DNA from: Amoeboaphelidium occidentale
Taxonomy: Eukaryota
DNA: 64,000 nucleotides
Assembly (NCBI GenBank): GCA_023515795.1
Contig: JALGPX010000037.1
Location: 1 to 64,000, forward strand
Direction of reading: 5' to 3'
Notes under the pieces: generated by a model
The model's database searches: none
What the model saw: the letters and a program-made list of their open reading frames with translations, nothing else
Told to the model about the DNA's origin: nothing
Position numbers and translations under genes: made by a program
In this document: positions 1 to 12,898 of the stretch, piece by piece
Layout: every line of letters starts with the position of its first letter
Position numbering within the stretch: position 1 is the stretch's first letter

Positions 1-194
1 GCTCGTTGTGTGATCATGAACTGGTTCAATCTCGATTCTGGTCGATCAAGAGTTGCAACAATAACAACTGCTGGACACGCTGGAATCGAGATGTCAATGC
101 AGCCAGGAATATCATGCGCGTTTTCCTTCATATGAATACTAATGGTGGTTACAGGCCTGAAGCGTTCCGAAGGGGAAACCCGCATGGTAACTGA
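1..194 (+). CDS. Fanzor/TnpB-family RNA-guided nuclease, C-terminal fragment (5' truncated by window edge)
   Basis: (C)SLC...CNNNNC zinc ribbon followed by WNRDVNAARNI (RuvC-III) and a G-x-RP-x-x-F-x-R tail typical of Fanzor1. Confidence 0.85.
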   Translation, partial: SLCDHELVQSRFWSIKSCNNNNCWTRWNRDVNAARNIMRVFLHMNTNGGYRPEAFRRGNPHGN

Positions 195-327
195 AACAAC
201 AACAGCCTCATGTGGTCATGGTGGAGAAGTCTAGGCGGAGGCAGCCAAAGATGACTCTCATGAAAGCCATGATCAGCGATAGCTCATCACTGTAGTAATA
301 TGGTGATGGGTGCTTTCGTGTACAGTG
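195..327 (+). ncRNA. Candidate Fanzor omega-RNA scaffold / element right end
   Basis: 9-bp stem 213-221/267-275 and 13-bp stem 282-294/299-311 closed by a GUAA tetraloop; several G-U pairs work only on the + strand; lies directly 3' of the Fanzor stop. Confidence 0.55.
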
Positions 328-424
328 TTTTTCTTGGAATTGATCAAGGTAATTTTTTATTTTATTTTGATCGCGTTGCTTACTTTCAGGAAAATACTGT
401 AATAATAAGATGCCCTCCGTGATT

Positions 425-1475
425 TCAAATTTGTATCGAAATGGAAGCTTGACAATATGGACACGTACTTATTAGAGTATTAAAGCGCCTTCTTGTGGTA
501 GGTACAGAATTACACCATTCTTTTATGCATTCATGATGAAACCCTTTGCTGCAAGTATTGCATTCAAACTGCGTATTATCAGTTTCAGTCAGACAAATAC
601 TGCATTGTTGTTCAGATGAACTTTGTGTGATATCTACATTTTGCGTTCTAAGTTTCAAATCAAATAAGTTCTCTAAGTTAACGTGGAGCGGCTTCGAAGC
701 CTTCCATGAATTCTTATTCGCATTCATCTTAGATCTCAATCTTGGAACCTCAGACTCTGGACCAAAAAGATTTATCTTGGGCATCGAAGTAGCGTTTTCT
801 TGCTTTACAGTTATTTCAGCTGTGACCCTGCTTTCTTTAAATAATAATTGTCTGCTTAAAGAATTTGTAACATGTTCGCGCTTCATGTAATCATCCAATT
901 CGCGCAAACAAGCCCAAGATTCTTCATAAGAACGACAAGACGCTTGATAACTGTCGTGCAGTGAAGCTAATCCAACTGAACTTTGGCTTTGCTTAAACTT
1001 CCTGGTGTTATCAGTGAAATGAGGCAACACTGAAGATGTCTCAAGAGTTGTTTCGCCAAGTTCGAAATCAACTGCAGCCTGGACCCTTAAAATGCCAGAG
1101 TTCCTGCTTCTATAGATTAAAGTAATATTCCGCAAATCCGTAGAAACATGCTCAATATTTTCCCACCTTATGGCCTCGAGATCGCAATTTAAATGAGTCA
1201 AGAAATCCAGACATGCTTCAGCTTTCAATGAGTCTGTTGAGCAAGGGCTGAAAATCTTGTTAATTTCTGCCTCTAAGTCCTCTGATGAGGAGTGTCCCTT
1301 TAATTTCTAAAGGATTATTCTTCCGGATTCAGAGTAGCAGTATTACCTTGGCTAAATCATGCTGGCCCACAGAAACGCCTAAACGGAGTGGCTTCAAAAG
1401 GCTCTCAGAGGATGCTATCACTGGGCTACCATGAACGAATAGAAGAAAAGTATTTGAAACAGGATCTATATTCAT
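425..1475 (-). CDS. FANCL: FANCL-like E3 ubiquitin ligase
   Basis: C-terminal RING CSIC...CSKGFHHECIKEW...TRRRFNTLISTCPYC preceded by an RWD-like region; one short GT-AG intron near 1308-1347. Confidence 0.8.
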
Positions 1476-1483
1476 CTGGCTTG

Positions 1484-2374
1484 TTACACCCAGTTTCTGA
1501 CGATGAAGTCTTGTATTGAAAACACAATCGAGGAAGACAACACTACGCGCGAAAGCCTTGGAGTTGTGCCGGCCCAGAAGCTGAATACAGTTTCTTTCAT
1601 GAATATCTGTCTCGCACAATCTAGTGAGCCTGCATACTGTTTAGCATTCAAGCCCTGCATTCTAGTCTTTACAACATCGATGGGCATTGTCAGAAGTGTC
1701 GATGTTGTACCTGCGATTCCACCACTAATAAAAGAACGAACAGTTTTGTTCATTGAGTTATTTGGGTCAAGACTTGACCAAATACCTTGCATTTGAGCAA
1801 ACACAGTAAATCTTATCGCCGAATTCGCCCCCTGTCGAGCCATCGTTGGAAATAAGCCACGATATATACCCGCAAATCCTTCCTCTTTGAAGATCATGCG
1901 AGTACCATGAATTAAGCCTCGATATCTTGGAGAAGCTTGATTCTGATCTTGGATCAGCTTGGTCTTGATAGTTTCGGTTGGCGTAACAGCGAGAACAGCC
2001 TCCGTCATTCCTGCGGCAAGTCCAGCTAACATCGAGTGATAAGACTTTACATCACTCTTGTTCTTTGGAAATATCAGCTCCGAATAATGATGATATGAGT
2101 AAAATCGTATACCGGCTTTAGCAAATGTTCCAACAACAAGAGTCGACAAGCCACGATACAGCGCGAGTACGCCTTTCTCTGATACTGTTCTTTTGATTAC
2201 ATCAATTGGGCCTTTGTACTTCACAGCCGCGTCCAAAGCTTTTCCTGATTGTTGCAATTGCAATTGAGTCTTCACGAATTCCGTAGGAAACATAACCGTG
2301 GCTTCTATGGCTCCCGCTATTCCTCCCGCAATTAAATGCTTGTACGGAGACTTTTTTGGATTAGAAGAAGACAT
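1484..2374 (-). CDS. CTP1: Mitochondrial citrate (tricarboxylate) carrier
   Basis: Three PxD/ExxK carrier motifs; PTEFVKTQLQL, VTPTETIKTKLI, RQGANSAIRF. Confidence 0.88.
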   Translation of the reverse strand: MSSSNPKKSPYKHLIAGGIAGAIEATVMFPTEFVKTQLQLQQSGKALDAAVKYKGPIDVIKRTVSEKGVLALYRGLSTLVVGTFAKAGIRFYSYHHYSELIFPKNKSDVKSYHSMLAGLAAGMTEAVLAVTPTETIKTKLIQDQNQASPRYRGLIHGTRMIFKEEGFAGIYRGLFPTMARQGANSAIRFTVFAQMQGIWSSLDPNNSMNKTVRSFISGGIAGTTSTLLTMPIDVVKTRMQGLNAKQYAGSLDCARQIFMKETVFSFWAGTTPRLSRVVLSSSIVFSIQDFIVRNWV

Positions 2375-2434
2375 TATTTTAGAGAAGGTTGTGCGTGGTC
2401 AAAACACAAAAAAGAAGTTTATTGGGGAGAGCTT

Positions 2435-3402
2435 TCAACGGTTAGTTGGCTGGTTGATCATTGCAACCAAAAGCTTTTCAAAGTCACCAGAGGTCTCTCC
2501 CTTGACTCTCTTCTCCAAACTTTTCCCGTTCTTCTGCAAGTACGCATCTTTGACGTATTCCATCAATTTTGTACCTCTCAAACGGTTCAATACTCTTGCG
2601 AGCTTGTGCGCATCACAACCCAAACCAGCCATGGAAGATTCCAACAAATCAGCAAAGTAAATTGGCTTGTTCATAACGCATCTTACAGTTTCAACCAAAA
2701 TATGTTCCATGAACCCAGAAAACTCATTCTTGACAACTTTTTCCACAGTCTTACCATACTTTTGGCCGTAAGCAGTAAATACATTGAATAAATGGCGTTC
2801 GGAACGGGTGTTGAAGATTTTGATGAACTCAGCATCATCTTTTCCCCATTTTCCTTCTCCTGCCTTGTACAATGCTTCAACATCAGCATCTACATTAGGG
2901 CGATTAGCATCATTCTCATCACGTAGAGCTTGCAGTAAAGAGATGAAGAACTTCTTTGCATCACTACCACACTCAGAAGCAAGATCTTGTTCCAAACTTT
3001 TCCCATACAAATATTGGTAACTCTTCTTGATTTCATTGAGCTCAAAGTTGCTGCGACCAAGTAAGACCTCAAGGATTCTCTTTTCATCTTTTCCTAATCC
3101 TCTCATGGCATCGTGGATCACCTCTGCTGCAGTGTACGTCTCAGGTGCAACTGCCATAGCAAGAGCCATACCAAAATTGCCACCAGTTTCAGATCTGATG
3201 ACCTCCATGATGGACTTTCCATATGATGCCTTGTACGATGCATCAAGCTTTGGAAGTTCATGAACATTAATTGAGATAATTGCTTGGATCAACTTGTCGC
3301 CTAAACCATTTAAGTGATCCTAGTGTACGTCTTACCGTCATATCCCCAGCCTTTGGTTGCCTTTCTGATCAAATCAATCTTAGCATTTATATCAGTAGCC
3401 AT
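2435..3402 (-). CDS. Annexin
   Basis: Four annexin repeats (KGWGYD, MRGLGKDE, GKWGKDD, MAGLGCD; ETSGDFEKLL); intron ~3301-3335. Confidence 0.93.
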
Positions 3403-3507
3403 TGTTAGTTCGACAAAGTTCAAACACGAAACACCAGTTAGGATCTTCTGAAGATATAAATACGCTTGATGTCAAATCATTTCTCTCAAGCTCCTGCAAA
3501 TTTTTAT

Positions 3508-4251
3508 CTATTGCGTATCAAGAAACGACTGATCTTGCACCTTGCGTTGAATGGCTTGTATCCATTGTTGAAACGCATTTGCTGGTATTACTTCTGTCCC
3601 CGAAGGATCAACTTTAACGAAACTCATAATATAATTTTGAAGATGATTTAAAATCTTCTCTACTATTACTCTGACTTTTTTGAGTTCTGGGTTCGTGTCC
3701 TCCGTAAGCGACATATTTGAACCCAAAAGTCTGGCATTTTCGTTACCAGCTTTGGCTTGCGCTACTTCATGTTCAGCTAATTCAACAGGCTCTACACATA
3801 TTCCAAGCTATAAAGGCAGTAAGAAGAAATCTCACTTGATCATTACCTGTGCGCATTGATTAATTCCAGAGGCAGCCGAGTCCCACATCCTTGCCCGTGA
3901 TTGCTGATCATCAATAGCTTTGTTCCCATTTAGTTTAAAAAGAGCGCTTGGCTTGTCGTTTGTTATCAAACCTTCAAGTCAACATTATGCATCTCTCAGC
4001 GTTTACCTAGCACTTGCCACTTTGAGTTGTTACCAGGCCAAAGAAAATGTACAGTCGCCGCATATCCGCTTGGGAATGGCTGCGTGATAAAGACCGTAAT
4101 ATGATTTACACTCGCAATGTCTTGTATAGAGAACATTGCGTGATTATTGTCCAACTGCTGGAATTCCGAGCAAACCTGGATATCTGTTAGTCCCGAATAT
4201 CCCACCATGACAAAATGTTACTGGTCTTCCAGGAATAACGTAACAAAACAT
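3508..4251 (-). CDS. Hikeshi/Opi10 family protein
   Basis: MFCYVIPGRP start, NHITVF, AATVHFLWP, KPSALFK, C-terminal FQQWIQ...QDQSFL; multi-exon. Confidence 0.85.
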
Positions 4252-4287
4252 TATCTCTATTGTATTCTAATTATTCTTGAAACTTTT

Positions 4288-5244
4288 CTAAGTAAAGAAG
4301 CCCCAATTCCGAAAGCCAGAATCCACAGTTTCAAGAGCAGAAATCAAAGTTTCCACGTACTTCTCCACGGGATCGTCTGTGATGTTGGCCATTTCACCTG
4401 ATTCTTCCATGCTCTGTGAAGATCTTTCCGCATCAACTGAATGATCCCCCAACTCTGAACTGCTTTCTTCTTGCTCTCTGCAATCTGTACCGCAGATTTG
4501 CTTCTGAAATATCTTAAGAACAAGGATGGTAGTTCGCAAACTGTTTTGGCTTCGACCAAGCACATCAAAGAAGTAGAGAGACTTGGCATCCTGCTGAAGT
4601 TGAAACAGTTGATCTAATTCCTCTTTTACTATTTCCATTCTTAAGCGACCAGCCTCTTTGTAGCGATTGTACAGTTCCAGCTTGTCTCTGAAATACTCAT
4701 GAGCATTCTTCAATTCTGGGTTCCGAACCGCAACTTCGCCTAATACATCCACAACCTTATTGAAGCTAAAATATAATCAATAACGTCCCATTGTGACTTT
4801 AAGTTACTTTCCACTAGCAAACTCTTTTAGAACATGCAAAACAGATTCGAATGCCGCAGCCCCTCGCTGGGAACTGGAATGCCCAGACTCGATTTCATAC
4901 GATAACTCATAAGCTCTTCTAGACTTTGGGTTCTTCAAGGTTTCGTATGCCTGATTAAGCTCTACAATTAATGATATTTGATCAACTGGAGCTTACTGAA
5001 GAAAGCTTCCTTTGCTTGAGAATGGCTACATTTATCTAATAATAATAAGAATGATCATTGATCCGCTTTAAGTACCAGGGTGAACCAGCTTTGATCGTCG
5101 AAAGTATGACTTCCGCACATCCTCGGTGCTTGCTGTCCGCCGAACACCCAGAATATCATAATAGCTTTGTGATCTTAGTATCTTTTTTATTATTTCTACT
5201 TCTTTGGAGTTTTGTTCAGTGATATTTGGGTCTTGTTTCATCAT
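4288..5244 (-). CDS. DnaJ-domain protein
   Basis: YYDILGV...SKLVHP(D)K J-domain split by introns; helical C-terminus. Confidence 0.8.
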
Positions 5245-5292
5245 TTTGAGAAGACTTCCAAACAAGATGAGTTGCAAGAGCTCAAATGCTAT

Positions 5293-6928
5293 TCAAACTC
5301 CAGAATTAGTCAAAGACAACACACATTCAGAAGAATCGAATGCAGTGAATGCGAGTTGAGAAGAATTCTGGGAAAAAGACATTGTCGACCCGTCTGAAAC
5401 ATACTTTGATACCATTAAAAATCGATCACTCGATGCGCTATCGTTTCCAGGTTGAAACTTTGGAATGTTAACAGCGCAGAGCATTGGCCAGAAATTCGCT
5501 AATGCCTCAAAGAAATGTTTCTTCAGCAGTTGTTTCGATTTTCTCTCTTCGCGTGTCAATAACTTCAGCTTTTCTTCCCAGAACTTGGAAAATCCAAGTA
5601 AAACATCTGAACAGTTAGATATCCGCAGCATTATTGAAACAGAGGGAAGACATGTAGGATCCAAACAAGGCTTCTCTTTTTTATGCATTGTAGCATCATA
5701 GAGAATTTTCCTCATAGTTGATAATACTTCAATAGATGTCAAAGGCGCAATAAGAGTTCTAGGTAACGTACTAAAAATCAGAACATCGAAGTTCATAACT
5801 ATACCTCAACTGCTTTATAAGGCTCTGGCTGAACTGCCAACAGTTCACAATTAAACGCGGAGATCTTTCCTGTGACCGTGCAAGTAATGAAGACTTTGTT
5901 TGATCAGTAGAGTTCAGAGGACTCGCTGGCTCAAGTGGTGTCCCACCAAACAGTTTAATTTCGTGCTGTTTAGAGTCGATAAGTTTCCCGTTAGACTGAT
6001 ATAGTGGCAGCAAACCCCAGCCGCAAGATGTTTCGATGTACTTCTCTTCCTGGGTTGTTGACATGACTATTACCAATTCAAACAACAGATTGATACCATG
6101 GCCAAGCTCGTTACACCGTAAAAATCCAGCATTTGGTTCATTCCGCGAAAATAGCGATGAATTCTAATTGTAAGACCATATTAACGAAACAACCTTCAGT
6201 GTGCACTTCCATTTGCTTGGAGTCTGATTATCGAATATCACTGGTACCATGAATACATTTCCGATGATCTTTATCTTATCAAATAAGCAAACGTTAATGT
6301 ATCTCCCTTTAACTTTGAAATCTGTTGACGGGAATGGAACTGATTTAGCCGCGATAACAGAGAATGCCAAATTGCATGAAGTATCATTCGCCATAATCTA
6401 AGATCAGCGAAACCATTTAAAAAATAACCTTTCCAGTTTTATGATCAACATCGAAGTCTGTGAACGAGAGACCATCAGCAGAAACCTGAGGGAAAATCTG
6501 ATCAGATAATCTGCCTTTTCCTGATGCCAAATATTGACTAACGGATGATGGCCTGAATCCTGTTGGAACATTTTTAAATGAACTTGCAGCTAAAGTTTCC
6601 GTAGAAGCGTTACCTAAAACGATATCAATAAAATGAAACTGGACAGTTTACGCTTCAGAGCTGTACTTTGTTGATTCTGTTTCGCTTCAGATGCCTGAAG
6701 TTGATATTCTGCTTCAAGTAGCTTGACAAATGATTTCGGGACATATCCTTCTTCCTCTCCTAGCCCCTCCATGATATCTTCCTTTGTGGGCAGCCTTTTT
6801 ACGAGATACCATTCAATATCATCCATGTTCAGTATGATCAGCTTGTCTCCCTGATTAAGATCGATCTCTTCCTCGGTTATAGCATCATAATCATACAAAG
6901 CAACTGCTTCAATATCTTTTGTGGGCAT
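5293..6928 (-). CDS. NPHP1: Nephrocystin-1-like ciliary transition-zone protein
   Basis: N-terminal SH3 (ALYDY...EGYVP) followed by NPHP1-type motifs LFEL...SCGW.LLPL...IKLFGGTP and STLP.TLI; multi-exon. Confidence 0.8.
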
Positions 6929-7022
6929 GAGACTGCTAATTACTGTGGCAAAAACTTCAAACAAGCCATATCGTGGCGTTCTGATTTTGAACAACTTTCA
7001 TTTCTATCCTGAAAATTTCAAT

Positions 7023-9337
7023 ATGGACCAGCTGATTAAAACAGTTAATCGTTTGCAAGATGCTTTCGCAGCAGTCGGAGTTAACAGCCCTGTGGATTTA
7101 CCGCAGATTGTCGTCATAGGTTCGCCATAGAATTGCGTCGAAGCGACTGACAGTAAAGGTTCACAATCTAGCGGCAAAAGTTCGGTACTTGAGAATATCG
7201 TGGGAAGAGACTTCTTGCCAAGAGGAACTGGGATCGTTACTAGAAGGCCATTGGTATGTTCTTTAAGATGGAGCGATTGACCTGAAAGGTTTTACAACTG
7301 ATTAATGTTCAGAGCAAATCTGGAGAGGATGGCGAAGAGAGCAATGGAGAGCCTGAAGAGTATGGAGAGTTCCTTCACTTGCCTGGGCAGAAGTTCTTCA
7401 AGTTCAATGAAATCAGAGATGAGATTGTTCGCGATACTGAAGCTAAGACAGGAAACAACGCTGGTAAATTATAATTCTATTGAGCCAGCTCATTTATTCT
7501 TTAAGGGATTTCGCCATTGCCTATCAATTTAAGAGTGTTTTCTCCAAAGGTCTTGACTCTGACACTTGTTGATCTTCGTAATTATGTTCGTGTTCTTAGT
7601 TAACTTGTTTTAGCTGGTTTAACCAAAGTCCCTGTTGGTGACCAACCAAAGGATATTGAGATGCAAATCAGAGACATGATCATGAGATATATATCAAAGC
7701 CTAATGCAATCATTCTTGCTGTTACGGGTGCAAATACAGATTTAGCCAACTCTGATGGTTTGAAACTTGCTCGTGAAGTAGATCCTGAAGGTCTAAGAAC
7801 TCTGGGCGTCTTAACCAAGGTTGACTTGATGGACCAAGGAACTGATGTTGTTGATATTTTATCTGGTAAAATTATTCCTCTTAGATTGGGATATATTCCA
7901 GTTGTTAATCGAGGGCAGAAAGATATCGAGAGATCAAAGTCTATCCATGCTGCTCTTGAAGCCGAGAAGAAGTTCTTTGAAACGCATCCTGCATACAGTA
8001 CCAAAGCTCAGTATTGTGGAACTCCTTTTCTTGCAAGAAAATTGAATGCTGTAAGTCTAATATTGTATCGACCTTAATTTAAAGGTTTTAATGCACCACA
8101 TCAAAACAACATTGCCAGAAATCAAGGCCAAAATCCAGTCTGGATTGCAAAATTATGAGAATGAATTGATACAGTTGGGAGACCCTGTCGACTCCGGCTC
8201 ATCGGTATGCTCAACAAACATTTTATCATTATATTAATGTTTAAGGCTGGCATGATATTATCTATAATTACCGAGTTCTGTAATGATTATCGTGGTGTTT
8301 TGGAGGGTAGCTCAAATGATCTATCATCCATGGAATTGAGTGGTGGTGCGAGAATTAGCTTTGTTTTACATGAGATCTTTGCCAATGCTATTAAATCATT
8401 TGATCCATTGGATAGCGTGAAAGATGTTGATATCAGAACGATCCTTTACAATTCATCGGTAAGCATTGCCACCTGAGTGACTGAATTTTAGGGATCGTCT
8501 CCTTCGCTATTTGTTGGAACTGCGGCATTTGAAGTAATCGTAAAGCAGCAAATTAAGCGTTTAGAAGAACCTAGTTTGAAATGTATTTCAATGATATATG
8601 ATGAGCTGAATCGTATTTTGGGACAGTTGCTTCAGAAGAGTACTTTCCGTAGATTTCCTAATTTAAGGGACAAGTTTTACTCTGTTACTGTCAACTTCTT
8701 TAAGAAAGCTGTTTCGCCAACTAACAAGTTAGTTTCTGATTTAATTGCTGCTGAGGCTTGTTATGTCAACACTGCTCATCCAGATTTCATCACAGGTCAC
8801 AAAGCGATGGCAACTGTTAGCGAGAGAATGAATCCAAAGCCTGCTCAGCCTAATGAGCCACAAATGGGCTCAAAAGGTGGAAGGCCCGTGCCAACTCCAT
8901 ATAATCCGGGTCAAGTGCCAAACTCAGCGAACGTTCTTGACCAGAAAAATGATGATGGGTTCTTCACCTCGTTCTGGGCCGGTAAGAAGAAGTCTAAACC
9001 AGGTCAATTGGAGCCTCCTCCTGCTGTTTTAAAAGCATCTGGAACTCTCACTGAAAGAGAAATAATGGAAACCGAGGTTATCAAGTTGTTGATCCAGTCG
9101 TATTATGCTATTGTCAAGCGAACAGTATCCGATTTGGTTCCTAAAGCAATTATGCTCAATTTGGTATTTCATTCAAAAGAAAATCTTCAAAGAGAATTGT
9201 TGACTGAATTGTACTCCAAGCGCGATGCAGTCGAAGAATCAGTGAAGGAATCAGAATTTGTCCAGCAGCGTAGAGAAGAATGCAAGAAGATGATCGCTGC
9301 TCTCCAAAAGGCAGATGAGATTATCTCAACTATTTGA
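7023..9337 (+). CDS. VPS1: Dynamin-related GTPase Vps1
   Basis: [30 protein letters not shown], middle domain, GED ([12 protein letters not shown]); several short introns. Confidence 0.92.
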
Positions 9338-9601
9338 AATGAATTTCAGAAATAAAGAATTTGCGTGGACGTCTTTTTCGCCACACTGCTGAGTGAATAT
9401 CAAGATCGATCGACGAGCCTGTTTCGAAGCAAGCTGAAGAATGTGTCTCTGTCACATACATCAACGCTATTTTCGTGAAATTAAGCTTCATCCCTATCTT
9501 GCGTGCTTGTGACTCTTGGGATATTTATAGATTTGAAACCAACCTTTTGATTTGAACAGACTGTTTCAAGTAATTATTCCACAGTTTTACTGCGATATAC
9601 A

Positions 9602-11877
9602 ATGTCTATACGAAATAAATGGAAGAGCTCAACAGCGTTATCGTTGGGCTCAAGGGAGAATGCTGCGTTGAAGAGCACATCGGCAAGTTCAAGTTCTGTG
9701 TCAAAAGATCCTGTAAAAGTAACATATGATTCGATGGGTTTCAACTATTATAGGCGTTACGAATGAGGATAGCCACCCTTCTTCTAAGGAATCAGCTCAA
9801 CCTACTTGCAGCTCTATGTCAGAGCACATTTGTGGGTGATGCAGCAGCTGCTGTGGCGAATTCGATAATAGGTCTTCTGAAACAGATGCGAGACGGTGTG
9901 CCGGACATATTCGTTCGAAGGATTCTGAAGACCAAGATTGTAATTTATGGTAATATCATACGTGATGATGTGATACATAATTGTTTAGTGTCCAAAGGGA
10001 GGAAGATGGCGGATATTCTTAGAGACAACAGGTTCCTTGTTCCGGAATAAGGTTCTAATAGTTTAGCATGTCTACGATGATACTCACTTCTTATGCAAGG
10101 ATGCTTGGAACGCAATTCCTGACTGATACCCTGGAAAATCAGCTAAAAGATATCATTAAATACATTGGAGATAGCAATGCCTCGGAGAATAGCGATGGCC
10201 CAAGTGAAGATGCCAACAAGAAGATGTTAGAAGCTGCTTTATTGTTACTCAATGCCATAATTGAAAATAAGGCTAAGATGCCGCGGCAATTCAGGCAAAT
10301 ATGCCGATTCGTGAAGTTGGAAGTACACAATGTGATATCTAACCCTCCACCGAAAAGACTATCCAGATCCACTATTGACTCTGACGAGTCGCCCTCTAAA
10401 AGAAGTTACATTGTTGGCAACATTGCTAGGCGAAAGCTTAGTAATCTCATTCACGCACCACTTAACCCAAACTCGATCGACGAGCTAGAAGAAAGTCAGG
10501 AAAGCACNNNNNNNNNGTGATATCTAACCCTCCACCGAAAAGACTATCTAGATCCACTATTGACTCTGACGAGTCGCCCTCTAAAAGAAGTTCCATTGTT
10601 GGCAACATTACTAGGCGAAAGCTTAGTAATCTCATTCACGCACCACTTAACCCAAACTCGATCGACGAGCTAGAAGAAAGTCAGGAAAGCACAGCTCAAA
10701 CTAGTCAAGAAGATAACGTGGAGAAAATTGGGCATCCTGTAATGATGTCAGCTCCTGCTATACCTCTTGGAAAAGTTGATGAAGAAAGTCGATCATCACA
10801 AGCGACGCCTAAAGACACGTCTTTGGATATTCAAGCTCATGAAAGTAAACATGCATTGGCACAGGCAATAGTTTCACAACTAAATGGAGATGGATTGTTG
10901 CCTTCTCCTACTGAAGAAAAGGAAAGGGCAGAATTAGAAGATCTAGCTGATGATGACAACGCTTTGACAATGCCAGAACGAATGGTTGGCACTATCATAT
11001 TTCTCCGATTCTTTGTTCCAGCTATAACTGCTCCGGAAAACCACGGAATGCTTCAGGGAAAAATCAATAATGCAATTAGGAAGGGTCTCATCAATGTTGG
11101 CAAAGTTTTGAATGGATTTTGTAGTGAGGCGGATTTCAAGCAGAAAGATCCAAACTGGGGTATCGTTAATGAATTTATAGTTGAACACAGACCGAAAGTT
11201 AAGAATCTTATCAGCTCTATAACAGATGATGAGGTAATGTTACGCTTACTCAAAGTAATCTTTAGACACTGGACCGGGCTTATGTCACTAAAAAACTTGG
11301 AGAAGAAGTTGATATTAAGGATGTTTTATCCGAAGATACATACTTTGCAAGAGAGCTAGATGAAAATCTATCTTTAGCAAAAATATCAGACAATAACATT
11401 GAAATCGACGAGCATTTATTAATCTACTTGGCTAAATCTGTTCACAGAATGGAAAAAGACATGAAATCCCTTCTTAAACTAATACCGGAAGAAGAAGGTC
11501 TCGGTGTTATGGATGCCTTTTATGAACTCAAAACTGAACTGGACACTTATAATCAACTCATCACGCAGCCTGTAAAAGGGCCAACGTTCTTTTCAAAAAT
11601 AGGGAAGCGTTTCAACACCATTAGAATGTCATACTCTAGCGCCTTCTTCAACAGCCCAAAATCAAAGAGCAGCGATGATGTGTCGCATATAGGTAAATAT
11701 TTCCTTGTTAGTATTGAAATCTTAGCTAAAACTCAAGACATCGCCGTTGCTGAAGAAAGAAGGGGAGGAGGATCAACTGACACTACAACCTCGCAAATAG
11801 TTCCTAATATTACAGCTAAACATGGAAAATCAGCTCACAATCGATTATCAGCAGCTACTTATGAACCAACTGGATAG
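9602..11877 (+). CDS. RasGAP-domain protein (contains an assembly gap and duplication)
   Basis: ILRDN(S), KMPRQFRQIC, IIFLRFFVPAITAP RasGAP signature; multi-exon. Confidence 0.82.
10332..10692. repeat. 176-bp direct duplication flanking an N-gap (probable allelic assembly artefact)
   Basis: 10332-10507 and 10517-10692 differ at 3 positions. Confidence 0.9.
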
Positions 11878-11914
11878 AAAACAATAGACGTGTTTAAATC
11901 TTTTTGTCGCTTCA

Positions 11915-12896
11915 ATGTCGAATCTTCTCCTGTTGGAGTTTGACTCAATAAGCTCGTTATGCGAACACCAAAAGATCATTTGCCAGCTTTTACAAGAAGA
12001 AGAGCGCGCCCTGGATATTGTATTAATTAATGAGAACTTTACTAAAGCTTTCGAAGAGAATAAGCGCAGCTCAAGCGTGGGCCTTTTGGAATCGGCATTG
12101 AAACTTTGCTACTCGGTTTCTAGTCAATTTATCTTTAATAAGTACGGAAATCCCGTCTTTCCATTCGTTAATGTGCTTATTTATCCAATGTGTCGATTAG
12201 AACCGAGTGCATACAACCAGATTTACACGATATCAGAAGATGCAACCAGAATATTAGGCCACACCGCAGAAGCAGTGATAGTCAAAAGATCAAGTGACAC
12301 ATCAGATAATGTATCTCGGTTTCTGGATTCTATGAGCTTAAGCGAGCAGCTGTACTCAGTTCAAGCTGATGTTGGCTCCAATTTTCAGGATTCATATGAT
12401 GTTGTGGTTTTAGGCGGCACCTTTGATCATTTGCATGCTGGTCATAAGATACTATTGACTATATCTGGCTGGTTAGCTTCGCGACAAGTTACCGTGGGTG
12501 TTTCAACTGATGATCTTTTGAAGAACAAGAAGTATGCGAATATGCTGGAGTCTTTGGATTGCCGGCAAGGTTCTGTTAAGGAGTTCATGAGCTTGGTTTG
12601 CAATCACGTTATTATAGAGGTACTCTTAAATCTGTTGCGCTAAAAGTTAGACTGTTCCGATAAGAGATCCCTTTGGTCCTTCGATCGTGCGTCCAGATTT
12701 CAAATTGATCGTAGTAAGCAAGGAAACAAAAGACGGAGGAGCAGCAGTCAATGCAAGGCGACAGAAGAACGGTCTCAATAAGCTGGATATCTTTGTTATC
12801 GACTTGGTGTCTTCTTTCTCTGTTGAAACAAAACTATCATCGACTTTTATCCGCGAGTTCTTGAGCAAGCAACAGAACGGCGACCTAAAGAAATAA
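11915..12896 (+). CDS. Phosphopantetheine adenylyltransferase (Cab4-like)
   Basis: VLGGTFDHLHAGHKILL, DPFGPS, VVSKET, KLSST; one intron. Confidence 0.9.
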
Positions 12897-12898
12897 AA

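Noticed and set aside
288..327. CACTG|TA and TA|CAGTG as Tc1/mariner terminal repeats
   Set aside because: Only 7 bp long, 26 bp apart and facing outward; not supportable without the element's other end.
10332..10692. Real tandem duplication inside the RasGAP gene (likewise at 17.5 kb and 24.3 kb)
   Set aside because: Each copy pair is separated exactly by an N-gap, which is the signature of a scaffolding artefact.
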